Source: Nitrosopumilus sp.
GTDB lineage: Archaea; Thermoproteota; Nitrososphaeria; Nitrososphaerales; Nitrosopumilaceae
DNA: 64,000 nt
Assembly: GCA_965203315.1 (NCBI GenBank)
Contig: OZ241857.1
Coordinates: 1,568,001-1,632,000 of the forward strand
Direction of reading: 5' to 3'
Positions 20,433 to 31,604 of the stretch are shown piece by piece. Both the position numbers and the translations under genes were made by a program. The notes beneath the pieces are model-generated. The model ran no database searches, had not been told where the DNA came from, and was given only the letters and a program-made list of their open reading frames with translations. Numbering within the stretch: position 1 is the stretch's first letter; every line of letters starts with the position of its first letter.

Positions 20433-20759
20433 ATGTCAGTGACACACGTTTCAGACGCAAAGAGCTGGGAGATCGATGTAATCAACTCGGACATTCCTGT
20501 ATTTGTGGACTTTTGGGCCGAATGGTGCGGTCCATGCAGAACGGTAGGTCCTGTAGTAGAAGAACTAGCAACAGACTATGACGGAAGAGTAAAGTTTGTC
20601 AAGGTAAACGTTGACCAAGCCAATGAACTTGCTTCCAAGTATAATGTCTTTAGTATTCCTACTCTACTACTCATAAACAAGGGCGAGGTGGTAAGCCAAC
20701 AGGTTGGCGCAGCCTCTAAAGAGTCTTACAAGAACATGATCGATCGCGCTCTCGCATAA
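20433..20759 (+). CDS. trxA: Thioredoxin
   Basis: WCGPC active site. Confidence 0.97.
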   Translation: MSVTHVSDAKSWEIDVINSDIPVFVDFWAEWCGPCRTVGPVVEELATDYDGRVKFVKVNVDQANELASKYNVFSIPTLLLINKGEVVSQQVGAASKESYKNMIDRALA

Positions 20760-20824
20760 ACTCCAAAACTATTCTTTATTTTTAATCCTAAAGTAATTAA
20801 TATGCTAGATATACATGTACATCA

Positions 20825-21334
20825 ATGTCGTTTGGCGAAGTAGATACACTAAATATGTTATTTGATAAACTAGATAGTCTGTTCAATGAATCACAAGGTT
20901 ACTATGAGTCTTTCTTGGATGCCAACAATCTATACAAAGCAGGTAAGATGAGCGACAAGGAATTCTTTCAAAAACTGGGTGATTACACTATAGCATATTC
21001 TGCACTAGAGTTTCTTGCGATCAAGGTGATGTTTGAGATACGCAAGGCGCTAAATACTGGTTCTGCTACTACTCAATCACCTGGTCTCATGCCTGGCATG
21101 GGGAATCCATCGATGCCTAGTGGAATGACTATGCCTAGAACAGGTACTGCACAAAATCCTGTTGGCGGAGTACCTCCACAGATTATATCTGCAAATACAG
21201 AATTTACTAATGTTGGAACGCTTCCATCTCCTGATCCATCGCTTGTACAGCAGCCACAACACGGTTGTCACTCTTGTGGGGCCGAGCTTAGGCCTGGCGC
21301 AAAGTTTTGCACCAAGTGTGGAGCAAAGCTCTAG
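20825..21334 (+). CDS. Zinc-ribbon domain protein
   Basis: C-terminal CHSCG...FCTKCG. Confidence 0.8.
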   Translation: MSFGEVDTLNMLFDKLDSLFNESQGYYESFLDANNLYKAGKMSDKEFFQKLGDYTIAYSALEFLAIKVMFEIRKALNTGSATTQSPGLMPGMGNPSMPSGMTMPRTGTAQNPVGGVPPQIISANTEFTNVGTLPSPDPSLVQQPQHGCHSCGAELRPGAKFCTKCGAKL

Positions 21335-21690
21335 TCTTGTGTAGTACCACACTCTGAACAAAACTTTGCGGTAGATGACAAACTTGTACCACACTCTGAA
21401 CAGAATCTTCCTTCTTGCTTGGTCTCTTTGTATGGGTTTCCATACTTTGCTGTACTGAGAACTGCTCCTGATGGTTCATACTTTTCATCATCGATCAAGA
21501 CAGGCTCAAAGTCTTGTTCCGTCATAAACGTCATCATTCTTGGTACGCCTTTGCCATCGTTGTTTGGGTCTGGTACAGAGTCACCCAACCAAAATGCAAA
21601 CCGCATCAGTGTCAACTCTGGCGTAGAGAATGCTAGCGTATGCTTGGACATGTACTCTTGTGCTGCCTTTTTTCCATCAAATACTTGCAT
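21331..21690 (-). CDS. Zinc-ribbon domain protein
   Basis: FCSECGT occurs twice at the C-terminus. Confidence 0.8.
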   Translation of the reverse strand: MQVFDGKKAAQEYMSKHTLAFSTPELTLMRFAFWLGDSVPDPNNDGKGVPRMMTFMTEQDFEPVLIDDEKYEPSGAVLSTAKYGNPYKETKQEGRFCSECGTSLSSTAKFCSECGTTQD

Positions 21691-21899
21691 GACTATTGTA
21701 TAATCTAATTATGTATAATGGTTTTTGATGAGTATGATGACTCATGTAGCACAAAAATCGTCAGGTTCTGTTAGATTAGACGTGTCTGATAGATACTTGC
21801 TAGGAATACACATTTGCATTAACCATTATAAACTCCTAACTTGACTGTTCACTCGAGTTATCACTAGATCTGATTTTTACTTTTTTGTTTGCTAGAATA

Positions 21900-22030
21900 T
21901 GGTCACGCACGGAATTGTTTTCTTGTTTACTCCCGCATATGTGTAGTCTGAGACAGAATTTACCTTTGGCAGAACAGCTAACGACAAATTGTGATACTAC
22001 AGACTAGGAAAATTATTATGTTCGCAACTA
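21900..22030. mobile_element. IS630-derived MITE (family B)
   Basis: Flanked by TA on both sides; ends resemble the IS630 TIRs; close match to 43233-43363. Confidence 0.9.
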
Positions 22031-22119
22031 TAGAATAGAATATAATAGAATAGAATATGTGATTGTCAAGTGCTTCCTTTTTGGAGTTATGTTCGGAATT
22101 ATTAATTATAAGTTCACTC

Positions 22120-22234
22120 GAATCTCTTCGATTTACGTGGGATGGCTTTTCGCAAGGCTTTTTCAATAATTTCTCGTTATAGGATCTTGTAGTGTTTTCT
22201 GTAACTATTCATCCGACATAAACCGAAAAGATCC
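22120..22234. mobile_element. IS6-derived MITE (family A)
   Basis: GAATCTCTTCGATTTACGTGGGATGG...CCGAAAAGATCC. Confidence 0.88.
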
Positions 22235-22427
22235 ACGTCTACAAACCTTGCTATTTCTCCTTACCATTTTCTTAAAGTCTATTTCCCTGATTCTTTTTCA
22301 ACTTTATTAGAAACCACTTTTGGAATAACTATGTCATAGTGATCTGATAATTTGATGAGTCCTTTTGTACATTTTATTTCATATAGAAATGCAGTTACTA
22401 TATTTGTATCAAAAACTTTAAGATACT
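22235..22427 (-). pseudogene. PIN-domain toxin remnant truncated at a MITE
   Basis: Reads LKVFDTNIVTAFLYEIKCTKGLIKLSDHYDIVIPKVV (PIN N-terminal D-T-N and IP..V motifs); overlaps the stop of the upstream antitoxin-like gene. Confidence 0.65.
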
Positions 22428-23146
22428 CTCTTCAACTGTTTAATAAAGTCTCCTACATATTCACCTGCTATAAGAGATGCCTTTGTTACGCTTAGTTTAT
22501 TATTATAATACATTGAAAGTGCAAGTTCTTTACGTTTTGATGTTATTCTCTCATATATGTTATGTTCAATTTTTAGTTCCGGATGTGAAAAATATACTAA
22601 TGCCCAAAGTTCATCAAGGGTTAAATCATTTAATAGATCTTTGAATTTTTCAACAGTTGTAGTCTCTTTTATGGCTAATTTTTTGAGTCTGTCATAAACT
22701 TGCAATCCTTCATTAGTAAGCTTAAACCTATCTTTTTGTTCTGAAATCAGTTTGGCTTTCACTAGATCCATGATTTTATTACTTATGATAGTACTGTCCG
22801 GCTTGTGATTAGAATAATCTAATTCATTTGCTAACTTGACAAATACTCTCTGTAGTAGATATAGCTCTAGTTGCATGTGTGTGACTGAAACAGATTCAGA
22901 GTTTTTTGCTCCCAACAACAATAGTATGAATGTTGCCACTTGAGTAAAATCCTCGTCGGTGTTACATATTAGAAAATACTCGTTTGGAAGAAAGTCAGTT
23001 GGACAAAGATTTCGAAAGCCATTTGTGGAAATCAGATCATTATGTATGCTAAATTGCTCCGTTCCTTTAAACTCGTTTGATGATAGAATAACAGAATCCT
23101 GTGATTCTGATTGATCTTGCAGTTTTAACGGTAAATATTCACTCAT
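22418..23146 (-). CDS. wHTH + UPF0175-like antitoxin-type protein (paralogue of 44549-45217)
   Basis: F.LT.EG wHTH wing; C-terminal LALSMY...LSVTKASLIAG; followed by a PIN remnant. Confidence 0.7.
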   Translation of the reverse strand: MSEYLPLKLQDQSESQDSVILSSNEFKGTEQFSIHNDLISTNGFRNLCPTDFLPNEYFLICNTDEDFTQVATFILLLLGAKNSESVSVTHMQLELYLLQRVFVKLANELDYSNHKPDSTIISNKIMDLVKAKLISEQKDRFKLTNEGLQVYDRLKKLAIKETTTVEKFKDLLNDLTLDELWALVYFSHPELKIEHNIYERITSKRKELALSMYYNNKLSVTKASLIAGEYVGDFIKQLKRVS

Positions 23147-23523
23147 AATGTGATTGGGTAATCGACTTATTAAAATTTGGCGATTATCTACCTGCTACTA
23201 ACAGATACTGAGCTATCAAATCAGCCAGAATACAATCTCGGTTAATGTGTCGTCACTCCATCTCACGGATATAGTGGAAACTTTGAACTCACGCTATGCT
23301 ACTTTGTCAGATACAGTTTAGCACAGCCTTGCATAGCGTAATAACTCAACTGCGTGGCATAATATTCATCATTCTTGCAAAACTTGCAAGGTCATTCTTT
23401 TAAAATAACACGATTCCAGATGCTTGATTATGATTAATTAATCATTATTCACATCCATCAAGATTTCATATGTGATGTTACATACTATACAAATTACTAT
23501 ATGACTATTCTAGAGGCAGATCG

Positions 23524-24099
23524 CTAATTACCTTCATTTTTTATCAGGTTTAGTCCTTTAAGCAAGTCTATCCCATGTTCTACATCTTTATCTTCTAATT
23601 CCTAATGAAGTTCAATTCTTCTTTCTCTAATATCATCAATAGTCATTTTTTCATGTCCTGACTCATTTAAGATATAATGAGTCTTTGTAGCATACGATAG
23701 TGGCGTTGCTTCAAGATTGCATAATTTGTTACATGTTGTTACTAGTGATTGAATACTTTTGTACTTTTCTTTAAACTCTTTTCTCACTCTGTCTGCAATT
23801 TTCTTACCTCTACCACTCAATCTGTATTTGTATCCATCATAATCTCTTCTAGGAATTTTGCTTTCAGTCACAAAATAATATGAGACCAACTCTTCCAACA
23901 CTAGACTTACCTCAGGACTATCTGGTCCATAAAAATGAGACTTGAATCGAGATAGATCTGGGTTATGACAAGTTTGTTGCGTCAGATATGTCAACTTTTG
24001 AATTGCAGTTCGTCCAACAATCTCTTCATGGTTTAAATTTTCCTTTTACACGTCTTCAGAAATTTCAATTATTGATAACAATGTGTCATAAACGTCCAA
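23524..24099 (-). pseudogene. YwgA/SocA-like wHTH protein with two in-frame stops
   Basis: GRTAIQKLTYL and FKSHFYGP.S motifs. In-frame TAA near 24047 and TAG at 23602-23604; the frame continues ELEDKDVEHGIDLLKGLNLI. Confidence 0.75.
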
Positions 24100-24574
24100 C
24101 TATTTACAACTCCGAGGTTGATATGTGAAGCATTCTGAACACTGCATAAACATCTTCATTCTCTTCATACTATACAAGGTTTGGATATATATGCCTGACG
24201 TGATTGTGTCTTTAATTTACATTGGGTGATATTTCACAAGACTTGTCTAGAATATCTCAAGTCTTGGAACACTTTTTCTACACTATCCTATCCGTGTAAA
24301 TTGAAGAGATCTGATGCGAGCAGTTATTGACTCTAGTTACTAGAGTAGAATAAAATTCACTCTAGCATCGGTAACCCATCACTATTCTGGTTCATCTACA
24401 TTGTCAAAAGTTGAGGATGCAATCATGTCTAAAAACGCATATTGTAAATCATACTATCGAGTCATTTACGTTAGCGAGAGCAACAGACATCTCGATAAAT
24501 TTTTCAAGAATTTAGGTTTTCATAGAATGTAAAGAACCTAAACTAATAAATTGAATGAGACTTTGATTGCTTCT

Positions 24575-25195
24575 ATGGGAAAATATACTCTTCCAGAGAT
24601 GCCATATGCTTATGATGCGCTAGAACCTCACATTGATGCTAAAACGATGGAGATTCATCATACAAAGCATCATCAAACATACACCGACAAACTAAATGCA
24701 GCTCTAGAGACATGTCCAGATGATATTCAGAGTAGAGATATTGTTGATATCCTCTCTAACATCAACTCGATACCTGAAGACAAACAGAGTGCAGTAAACT
24801 TTAACGGTGGTGGATTTGACAACCATAGACTATTCTGGAACAACATGAAACCTAATGGTGGTGGTGAACCAGGCGGATCTATTGCAGACGCAATCAATGA
24901 CTCGTTTGGTAGCTTTGCTGACTTTGTAACCAAGTTTTCATCAACCACAGCTGTGATTCAAGGCAGTGGTTGGGGATGGTTGGTATACAATCCAACTACA
25001 AGCAAAGTTGAGTACAAGTCGATGCCAAATCAGACCAGTCCACGAACTCTGGGTCTTGTACCTCTACTAGGCTGTGATGTTTGGGAACACGCATACTATC
25101 TAAACTACCAGAATCGTCGACCTGACTATATCAAGGCATGGTGGAATGTGATAAACTGGGACGAAGTAGAGAGACGTCTCTCACAAGCCAAATAG
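24575..25195 (+). CDS. sod: Fe/Mn superoxide dismutase
   Basis: HHTKHH and DVWEHAYY motifs. Confidence 0.97.
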   Translation: MGKYTLPEMPYAYDALEPHIDAKTMEIHHTKHHQTYTDKLNAALETCPDDIQSRDIVDILSNINSIPEDKQSAVNFNGGGFDNHRLFWNNMKPNGGGEPGGSIADAINDSFGSFADFVTKFSSTTAVIQGSGWGWLVYNPTTSKVEYKSMPNQTSPRTLGLVPLLGCDVWEHAYYLNYQNRRPDYIKAWWNVINWDEVERRLSQAK

Positions 25196-25688
25196 GCTCC
25201 AATCCTCTTTTTTATACTTTAATTTGTATCATGTATGGGTGATGTAAGTTCGTTATCGATATTCATTATTGATGATGGATTAAGACTAGCACCTCAAATA
25301 TTGATACGTTCTCGTAATTCTATGAGACATGATTTGGTTACTCAATCCTAGTTTGATTCTTTGTAATCTTGCGATTATCATCTCTCTAGACAGATCGTAT
25401 ATTCAGTCTGTACTTGCTAATTGGATCTAGATCAACGCTCATCACGATTATGTACCATCAATCTGATATTAACAACCATCAATTTGCTACAATATTTGTA
25501 ACATGACGTTTGAACTTGCAATCAAAGTATCACTGAATATTTTTGATGAGTGATTGTCTGAATTGTTAGTTATCTGTATCTCAACAATCACCAATCTTGT
25601 ATTTTTGGATACCTATAGATCAAAGCGATGTTTGTCAACTCTACAAAACTCTATCAGTTTATAACCTCCGAGTCTATCTGTACAACTG

Positions 25689-26111
25689 ATGAGTGACGCG
25701 GCACAACAACTCGTACAGCAGATGCAAGTACTAGAGAGGCATTTTCTTGATCTATCCAACAGTGAACAGACTAGTCTCAATTACTATCAACAGATCATCG
25801 ATACCATCGAGTCATTACGGTCATTTCTGTCTCAAGACGAGTCTGAGGCATTGATTCCTATAGGAGGTGGCGTAAGCCTTCCTGCAAAGATCGACTCTAC
25901 AAAGAAAGTTGTTCTAAATATTGGCGCAGGTGTATCTGTAGAGCGAGATATTCGTTCTACCATAAGCACTCTTGAGATACGTACAAAAGAACTAGAGGCT
26001 GGGTTGAATGAGATTGGCAAGAAGAAGAGAGATATTGCATATCATATAGAGCAAGGAAGGGCACAGCTGGATCAACTAGTTGCAGCACAGAATCCAGATC
26101 AGGGAATGTAG
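25689..26111 (+). CDS. pfdA: Prefoldin alpha subunit
   Basis: LIPIGGG and VLNIGAGV beta-hairpins between coiled coils; directly upstream of ftsY. Confidence 0.9.
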   Translation: MSDAAQQLVQQMQVLERHFLDLSNSEQTSLNYYQQIIDTIESLRSFLSQDESEALIPIGGGVSLPAKIDSTKKVVLNIGAGVSVERDIRSTISTLEIRTKELEAGLNEIGKKKRDIAYHIEQGRAQLDQLVAAQNPDQGM

Positions 26112-26112
26112 A

Positions 26113-27387
26113 ATGTTTGAGAGGCTACGCCAAACGTTTACAAATGCAGCAAAGAGCTTTAACGAACGAGATCTAAAGGAAAAAGATATCGATACCGTTC
26201 TAGGTGATCTTGAGCTAGCTCTCATGTCGTCTGATGTTGCCTTTGAGGTTATCGATATTATAAAATCTGATCTTAAAACAAATCTTGTAGGTTCAAAGAT
26301 AGAAAAGAACAAGATTGAAGAGTTTATCCGTAACAGTCTGATTAATAGCGTATCTAAAATTCTTGATGATACAAGCAAAGTTGATCTCTTTGCTAGGATC
26401 GATATAAACAAGGCTCAAAACAGACCATTCCTGATACTGTTTGTTGGGATAAACGGCACAGGCAAGACTACCTCGTTAGCAAAGATTGCATACATGTTGC
26501 AGCAAGCAAAGTACTCTATAGTCGTCGCTGCTGCAGACACATTTCGTGCAGGCGCCATCGAGCAGCTACGCGAACATACAGATAGATTAAAACTCAAACT
26601 CGTTGCACAAAATTACAACTCTGATCCTGCAGCAGTTGCACGTGATGCTGTCTTGTATGCAAAATCTCACAAGATCGACTGTGTATTGATCGATACAGCA
26701 GGACGAATGCAGACTAGCAAGAATCTGATGGAGCAGATTGCAAAGATCAGTAAAGTTGTAAATCCAGATCTAAAGATCTTTGTTGGCGACTCACTAGCTG
26801 GAAACGACACAGTTAATCAAGCTCGCGAGTTCTTTGAACACGTACACTTTGATGCTGCAATACTAACAAAGAGTGACGCAGACGCAAAAGGAGGATCTGC
26901 ATTGTCTATTGCAAAACTTACCTCTGCTCCAGTAATATACATTGGAACCGGACAAGAGTATGATGATCTACGACCATTTGATCGAGATACATTTCTACAA
27001 AATATCTTCGAGTCGTTCGATGTTGATATACCTCCTAAACCAGATACAGAGATAGAATCAGAGTCACCTGTAGAACAAACCAGTAAACACGACGAGTCTC
27101 CGACGACAGTACTCTCAGATACACCCAATCTAGACGAGCCCAAGACCGTTTCAGATACACCATTGTCACAAGATGATCCTTTTGTTGGTATCGATGATAA
27201 AGACATTACAAGGTACTCTGATATCTTTGATGTCTCACCACCTGAAGATGATGCAGCTGCACTCGCATTGGCAGACAAGATTCGTGTATGGATAGAGAAT
27301 GGTAGACCAAACCCTGACGTACGCGAGTCTACGACAGACGAAGAAAGACCTAAGAAGAAAGGAATGTTTGGACTCTTTAAGCGATGA
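26113..27387 (+). CDS. ftsY: SRP receptor FtsY with acidic C-terminal extension
   Basis: GINGTGKTT, DTFRAGA, DTAGR and TKSD motifs. Confidence 0.96.
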   Translation: MFERLRQTFTNAAKSFNERDLKEKDIDTVLGDLELALMSSDVAFEVIDIIKSDLKTNLVGSKIEKNKIEEFIRNSLINSVSKILDDTSKVDLFARIDINKAQNRPFLILFVGINGTGKTTSLAKIAYMLQQAKYSIVVAAADTFRAGAIEQLREHTDRLKLKLVAQNYNSDPAAVARDAVLYAKSHKIDCVLIDTAGRMQTSKNLMEQIAKISKVVNPDLKIFVGDSLAGNDTVNQAREFFEHVHFDAAILTKSDADAKGGSALSIAKLTSAPVIYIGTGQEYDDLRPFDRDTFLQNIFESFDVDIPPKPDTEIESESPVEQTSKHDESPTTVLSDTPNLDEPKTVSDTPLSQDDPFVGIDDKDITRYSDIFDVSPPEDDAAALALADKIRVWIENGRPNPDVRESTTDEERPKKKGMFGLFKR

Positions 27388-28286
27388 AACTACAGACAAG
27401 AGATCTATTGACACTGAACGAGCTATCTCGTACAGAGTTTGTTGGTATCATAGATGAAGCAATCTCGACCAAGAAGCAGCTAGACAATGCTACACAACTC
27501 CAAGGTCGCACTCTTGCAATGATCTTTCAAAAACCTTCTACTCGTACTCGAATAAGTTTCGAGACTGGAATGTATCAGCTAGGTGGTCATGCAATCAACA
27601 TCTCTATAGATGAGATGCAACTCTCTCGTGGTGAGTCGATCGAGGACACAGCTAGAACGCTATCGAGATATGTCGATTGTATAATGGCCCGCGTATACGA
27701 TCATACCATCTTGGAGAGGCTTGCTAGATATGCTGACATTCCAGTAATCAATGGACTCTCGGATATGTTTCATCCATGTCAGATACTTGCTGATTTTATG
27801 ACGATAAAGGAGAGATTTGGAAGATTTAGAGATCTCAAGATTGCATGGATCGGAGATGGTAACAACGTATGTAACTCGATGTTATACGGAGCTGCACTAT
27901 CTGGCTGTACAATGTCTGTCGCAACACCAAAAGAGTTTGAACCAAACAAGACTGTCATCGATGCTGCTTCAGAGATGACTACGATCAATCTATACACCGA
28001 TCCCGTATCTGCTGTATCTGATGCCGATGTTGTGGTTACGGATACGTTCACATCTATACACAATCGTGATCCTAATAGATTGGAGAGATTTCTACCCAAG
28101 TATCAAGTTAATGACAATCTCATGCGTCATGCAAAAGATACTGCAATCTTTATGCACTGCCTTCCTGCAAAGCGAGACCAAGAGGTTACTCTGGATATCA
28201 TTGATGGACCACAATCTGTAGTTTGGGATGAGGCAGAGAATAGACTACACGTACAAAAGACTCTACTCACATCTCTGATACACTAG
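27384..28286 (+). CDS. argF: Ornithine carbamoyltransferase
   Basis: STRTR, HPCQ and HCLP motifs. Confidence 0.96.
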   Translation: MKLQTRDLLTLNELSRTEFVGIIDEAISTKKQLDNATQLQGRTLAMIFQKPSTRTRISFETGMYQLGGHAINISIDEMQLSRGESIEDTARTLSRYVDCIMARVYDHTILERLARYADIPVINGLSDMFHPCQILADFMTIKERFGRFRDLKIAWIGDGNNVCNSMLYGAALSGCTMSVATPKEFEPNKTVIDAASEMTTINLYTDPVSAVSDADVVVTDTFTSIHNRDPNRLERFLPKYQVNDNLMRHAKDTAIFMHCLPAKRDQEVTLDIIDGPQSVVWDEAENRLHVQKTLLTSLIH

Positions 28287-28560
28287 ATTGAATTTAGACT
28301 CTGATATCACACAGCTCGAGTACAAGATGCATTTTAAAAAGATCTGACTCGTTTACACAAAGTTTTGTTGCTTTGTATTATCTGCTTTGTATTATCTATG
28401 CATAATATGTTGTTTATACAATCCAAGTAATCAAACTTGATCGTTTCGCCTCATGTTACATGTTTGTGTTTATGGTGTATCGTCAAGACGTACCTATTCT
28501 AAAATACTCACAGAAAAGCCTAGATAGAAGTTAAATCACTGTCTATTGTACAATTGATCA

Positions 28561-29385
28561 TTGAAGTTTCAATCCAAAGGCAAAGTAAAGGATCTCTATC
28601 TAGTCGATGATGACACTCTCTTGTTTCGATTCTCTGATCGTGTATCTGCATATGATGTACAATTTAACGAGACGATTCCAAAAAAAGGTAGAGTGCTGTG
28701 CAAGTTTGCCGAATTTTGGTTTGATCAACTTGATGTACCGAGCCATTTTATTCGGCGAGAGTCTGATACAGAGATTCTTGTGAAGCGTATGAATATGATT
28801 CCCTTGGAGTGTATAGTGCGTGGTTACTTTTATGGAAGTCTAGTTGATCGTTGGAAGAATGGTCAAGTTCATCTAGATCAAAACACAGATACAACACTAG
28901 CAGCAAAACTTCCTTCTGCAATCTTTGATCCTACTACCAAATCAGAACATGATATGCCACTAGATCGTAACACAGCAATCGAGATGAATATAGTTACATC
29001 AGAACAGTACTCTTGGCTTGAGGACAAATCGATCTCGATTTATAATGCAATGTCCAAGATCGTAAACACTACTGGATTTATTCTAGCTGACTTGAAACTA
29101 GAGTTTGGAATACTAGATGATCAGATAGTCCTGGGAGACTCTATAGGTCCTGATGAGTGTAGATTGTGGCCCAAGAGTTCTTTTGAGATAGGTAATATAC
29201 AAGAGGCGTTTGACAAGCAGATACTTCGTGATTGGTTGTCTGCCAACGGATATAAACAACAGTTCAAAGATGCGAGAGCCAAAGGCAACGAGCCGATACC
29301 ACCCATTATTCCAAACGATATAATCTCAAAGATGACAGATAGATACGTTCAAGCATACGAGGCGATTACCCAGAGACCTCTATGA
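28561..29385 (+). CDS. purC: SAICAR synthetase
   Basis: GKVKDLY, SDRVSAYD, DLKLEFG and DKQ..RDW motifs. Confidence 0.95.
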   Translation: MKFQSKGKVKDLYLVDDDTLLFRFSDRVSAYDVQFNETIPKKGRVLCKFAEFWFDQLDVPSHFIRRESDTEILVKRMNMIPLECIVRGYFYGSLVDRWKNGQVHLDQNTDTTLAAKLPSAIFDPTTKSEHDMPLDRNTAIEMNIVTSEQYSWLEDKSISIYNAMSKIVNTTGFILADLKLEFGILDDQIVLGDSIGPDECRLWPKSSFEIGNIQEAFDKQILRDWLSANGYKQQFKDARAKGNEPIPPIIPNDIISKMTDRYVQAYEAITQRPL

Positions 29386-29624
29386 TACATCTCGTTGCTA
29401 GTTCTGTCGACTAGTGTATATGATGTGATTTTTCTAAAACTTGAAATTTTGATGACTGTATAGTGGATCATAACCATAATCTGTATTCGTACAAGCCTCG
29501 AGTCATTATGACTGTGATTGAGAATCAAAGTCGAAATTTAACCGTCTTTTTCCAAAATCATCCATCCATTTGACGGAATCTCCTAATTGTTTTTATAAAC
29601 CAAATAACGAGTATCAATTGACAT

Positions 29625-31208
29625 TTGACGACAAAGAGATCAGAGAAAGAGTTCTTTACTGATTCCAACTTTGCAGTAAAGCGAATATATCAGAGATCAA
29701 AGCGAGTGAGACCTGTAGAAGACGCAGGCAAGTTTCCCTTTACTAGGGGAATTCATTCTGGAATGTATCGAGATCGGTTCTGGACCATGCGACAGTACTC
29801 TGGATTTGGAGACGCAAAGCTCACGAATGAACGATTCAAATTTATGCTAGAGAAGGGGCAGACGGGTCTCAGTATGGCATTTGATCTGCCTACCCAGATA
29901 GGATATGACTCTGACTCGAGACATGCTGAAGGTGAGGTGGGAAAGGTCGGTGTATCGATCACATCGATCAAAGACATGATGACCGCTTTTGATGGTATTC
30001 CATTGGGTGATGTCAGTACATCTATGACCATCAACTCTACGGCGTCAACTCTACTTGCGTATTATATTGCGGTAGGTGAGTCACAAGGATTCAAGAGTAA
30101 TCAACTACGAGGTACAACCCAGAACGATATTTTAAAAGAGTATATTGCAAGAAATACCTACATCTATCCACCACAACCATCGATGAGGTTGATTGGAGAT
30201 ATGATCGAGTACTGTGCAAATAACGTTCCATCATGGTATCCTGTATCGATATCAGGTTATCATATGAGGGAAGCAGGTTGTACAGCTACTCAAGAGATTG
30301 CATTCACTCTCGCAAATGCGATACAGTACATACAGACATGTTTAGACAAAGGACTAAAGATCGATGACTTTGCCCCTCGTCTCTCGTTCTTCTTTTGTTG
30401 TACTATAGAATTCTTTGAAGAGGTTGCCAAGTTTCGTGTTGCAAGAAAGATATACGCAGAGATACTCAAAGATATCTTTCATGCAAAGAATCCTCGTTCT
30501 ATGCAACTAAAGTTTCATACACAGACTAGCGGTGAGTCACTTACTGCGCAGCAGCCTGACAACAACATTGTCCGTGTTGCGATTCAGACTATGGCTGCTG
30601 TCATGGGCGGAACCCAATCATTACATACCAACTCTCGTGATGAAGCACTTGCGCTTCCTACTCAAGAGTCTGCAAAGATTGCACTTCGTACACAACAGAT
30701 TGTAGCACATGAGAGTGGAATAACAAAGAGTGTTGATCCTATGGCTGGCTCGTACTATTTAGAGGATCTATGTGACAAGATTGAGATAGATGTTCGCAAG
30801 TATCTCAAAAAGATTGAAAAGATGGGCGGTTCTGTCAAGGCGATCGAACGCGGATTCTTCCAATCTGAGATCAGACAGAATGCATATCGATTGAAACGAG
30901 AGGTAGACGATCAACGTCGAATCTTGGTAGGAGTAAACAAGTATGTTGAAGAAGAAGAGCAGCCCAAACTATTGCGCATTGATGACAAGGTGGAAAAACA
31001 ACAACATAAGGCACTCAAGAGACTACGATCTGAACGTTCTGCATCAAAGTGGGAGAAAGCACTAAATGATCTAAAGTCTGCAGCTGACACAGATTCGAAC
31101 TTGATGCCTTTTATCATCTCATCTGTCAAAGCATATGCCACAACTGGAGAGATAAGTGATACACTTCGTGAGGTCTTTGGTCAGTATCGTCCAAAGGAGG
31201 TATTTTAA
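29625..31208 (+). CDS. Methylmalonyl-CoA mutase, large (N-terminal) subunit
   Basis: WTMRQYSGF, QNDILKEY and QSLHTNSRDEA motifs. Confidence 0.96.
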   Translation: MTTKRSEKEFFTDSNFAVKRIYQRSKRVRPVEDAGKFPFTRGIHSGMYRDRFWTMRQYSGFGDAKLTNERFKFMLEKGQTGLSMAFDLPTQIGYDSDSRHAEGEVGKVGVSITSIKDMMTAFDGIPLGDVSTSMTINSTASTLLAYYIAVGESQGFKSNQLRGTTQNDILKEYIARNTYIYPPQPSMRLIGDMIEYCANNVPSWYPVSISGYHMREAGCTATQEIAFTLANAIQYIQTCLDKGLKIDDFAPRLSFFFCCTIEFFEEVAKFRVARKIYAEILKDIFHAKNPRSMQLKFHTQTSGESLTAQQPDNNIVRVAIQTMAAVMGGTQSLHTNSRDEALALPTQESAKIALRTQQIVAHESGITKSVDPMAGSYYLEDLCDKIEIDVRKYLKKIEKMGGSVKAIERGFFQSEIRQNAYRLKREVDDQRRILVGVNKYVEEEEQPKLLRIDDKVEKQQHKALKRLRSERSASKWEKALNDLKSAADTDSNLMPFIISSVKAYATTGEISDTLREVFGQYRPKEVF

Positions 31209-31604
31209 ATGAAGATCGATCATGTTGCAATAGCAGTAAATGATGTTGTAGAGTCAGCCAAAGTTTATCAAAAGGCATTAGGAGTTGAATCGGTCACATT
31301 TGAGACTGTCGAATCAGAAGGCGTCAAACTTGCGATCATTCATCTACAGAATGCACGAATAGAACTTATGCAACCCACTCGCGACTCTAGTCCAATTAAA
31401 GGATTTTTAGAGAAACGAGGTCAAGGACTACATCATATTGCTCTAGAGACTGATGATATAGAGAGTCAGGTTGAACGAATGACTGAATGTGGGATACGCT
31501 TTTTGGGCGATATTAGATCCGGCTCAGAGGGAACAAAGATCACCTTTATTCACCCAAAGTCACTAGACGGTGTCTTGGCTGAACTATGCGCACACCCCAA
31601 GTGA
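31209..31604 (+). CDS. mce: Methylmalonyl-CoA epimerase
   Basis: IDHVAIAV, GLHHIA and FIHPKS..GVL.E motifs; adjacent to the mutase. Confidence 0.95.
   Translation: MKIDHVAIAVNDVVESAKVYQKALGVESVTFETVESEGVKLAIIHLQNARIELMQPTRDSSPIKGFLEKRGQGLHHIALETDDIESQVERMTECGIRFLGDIRSGSEGTKITFIHPKSLDGVLAELCAHPK

Noticed and set aside
26990-27387. Acidic C-terminal extension of FtsY and VQDV linker of 19483-20331
   Set aside because: Low-complexity linkers without ordered repeat structure
28370-28398. Short tandem duplications (TGCTTTGTATTATC x2; also TAATGCGTAGTGTA x2 near 58055-58082)
   Set aside because: Two-copy slippage duplications in intergenic DNA with no sign of function
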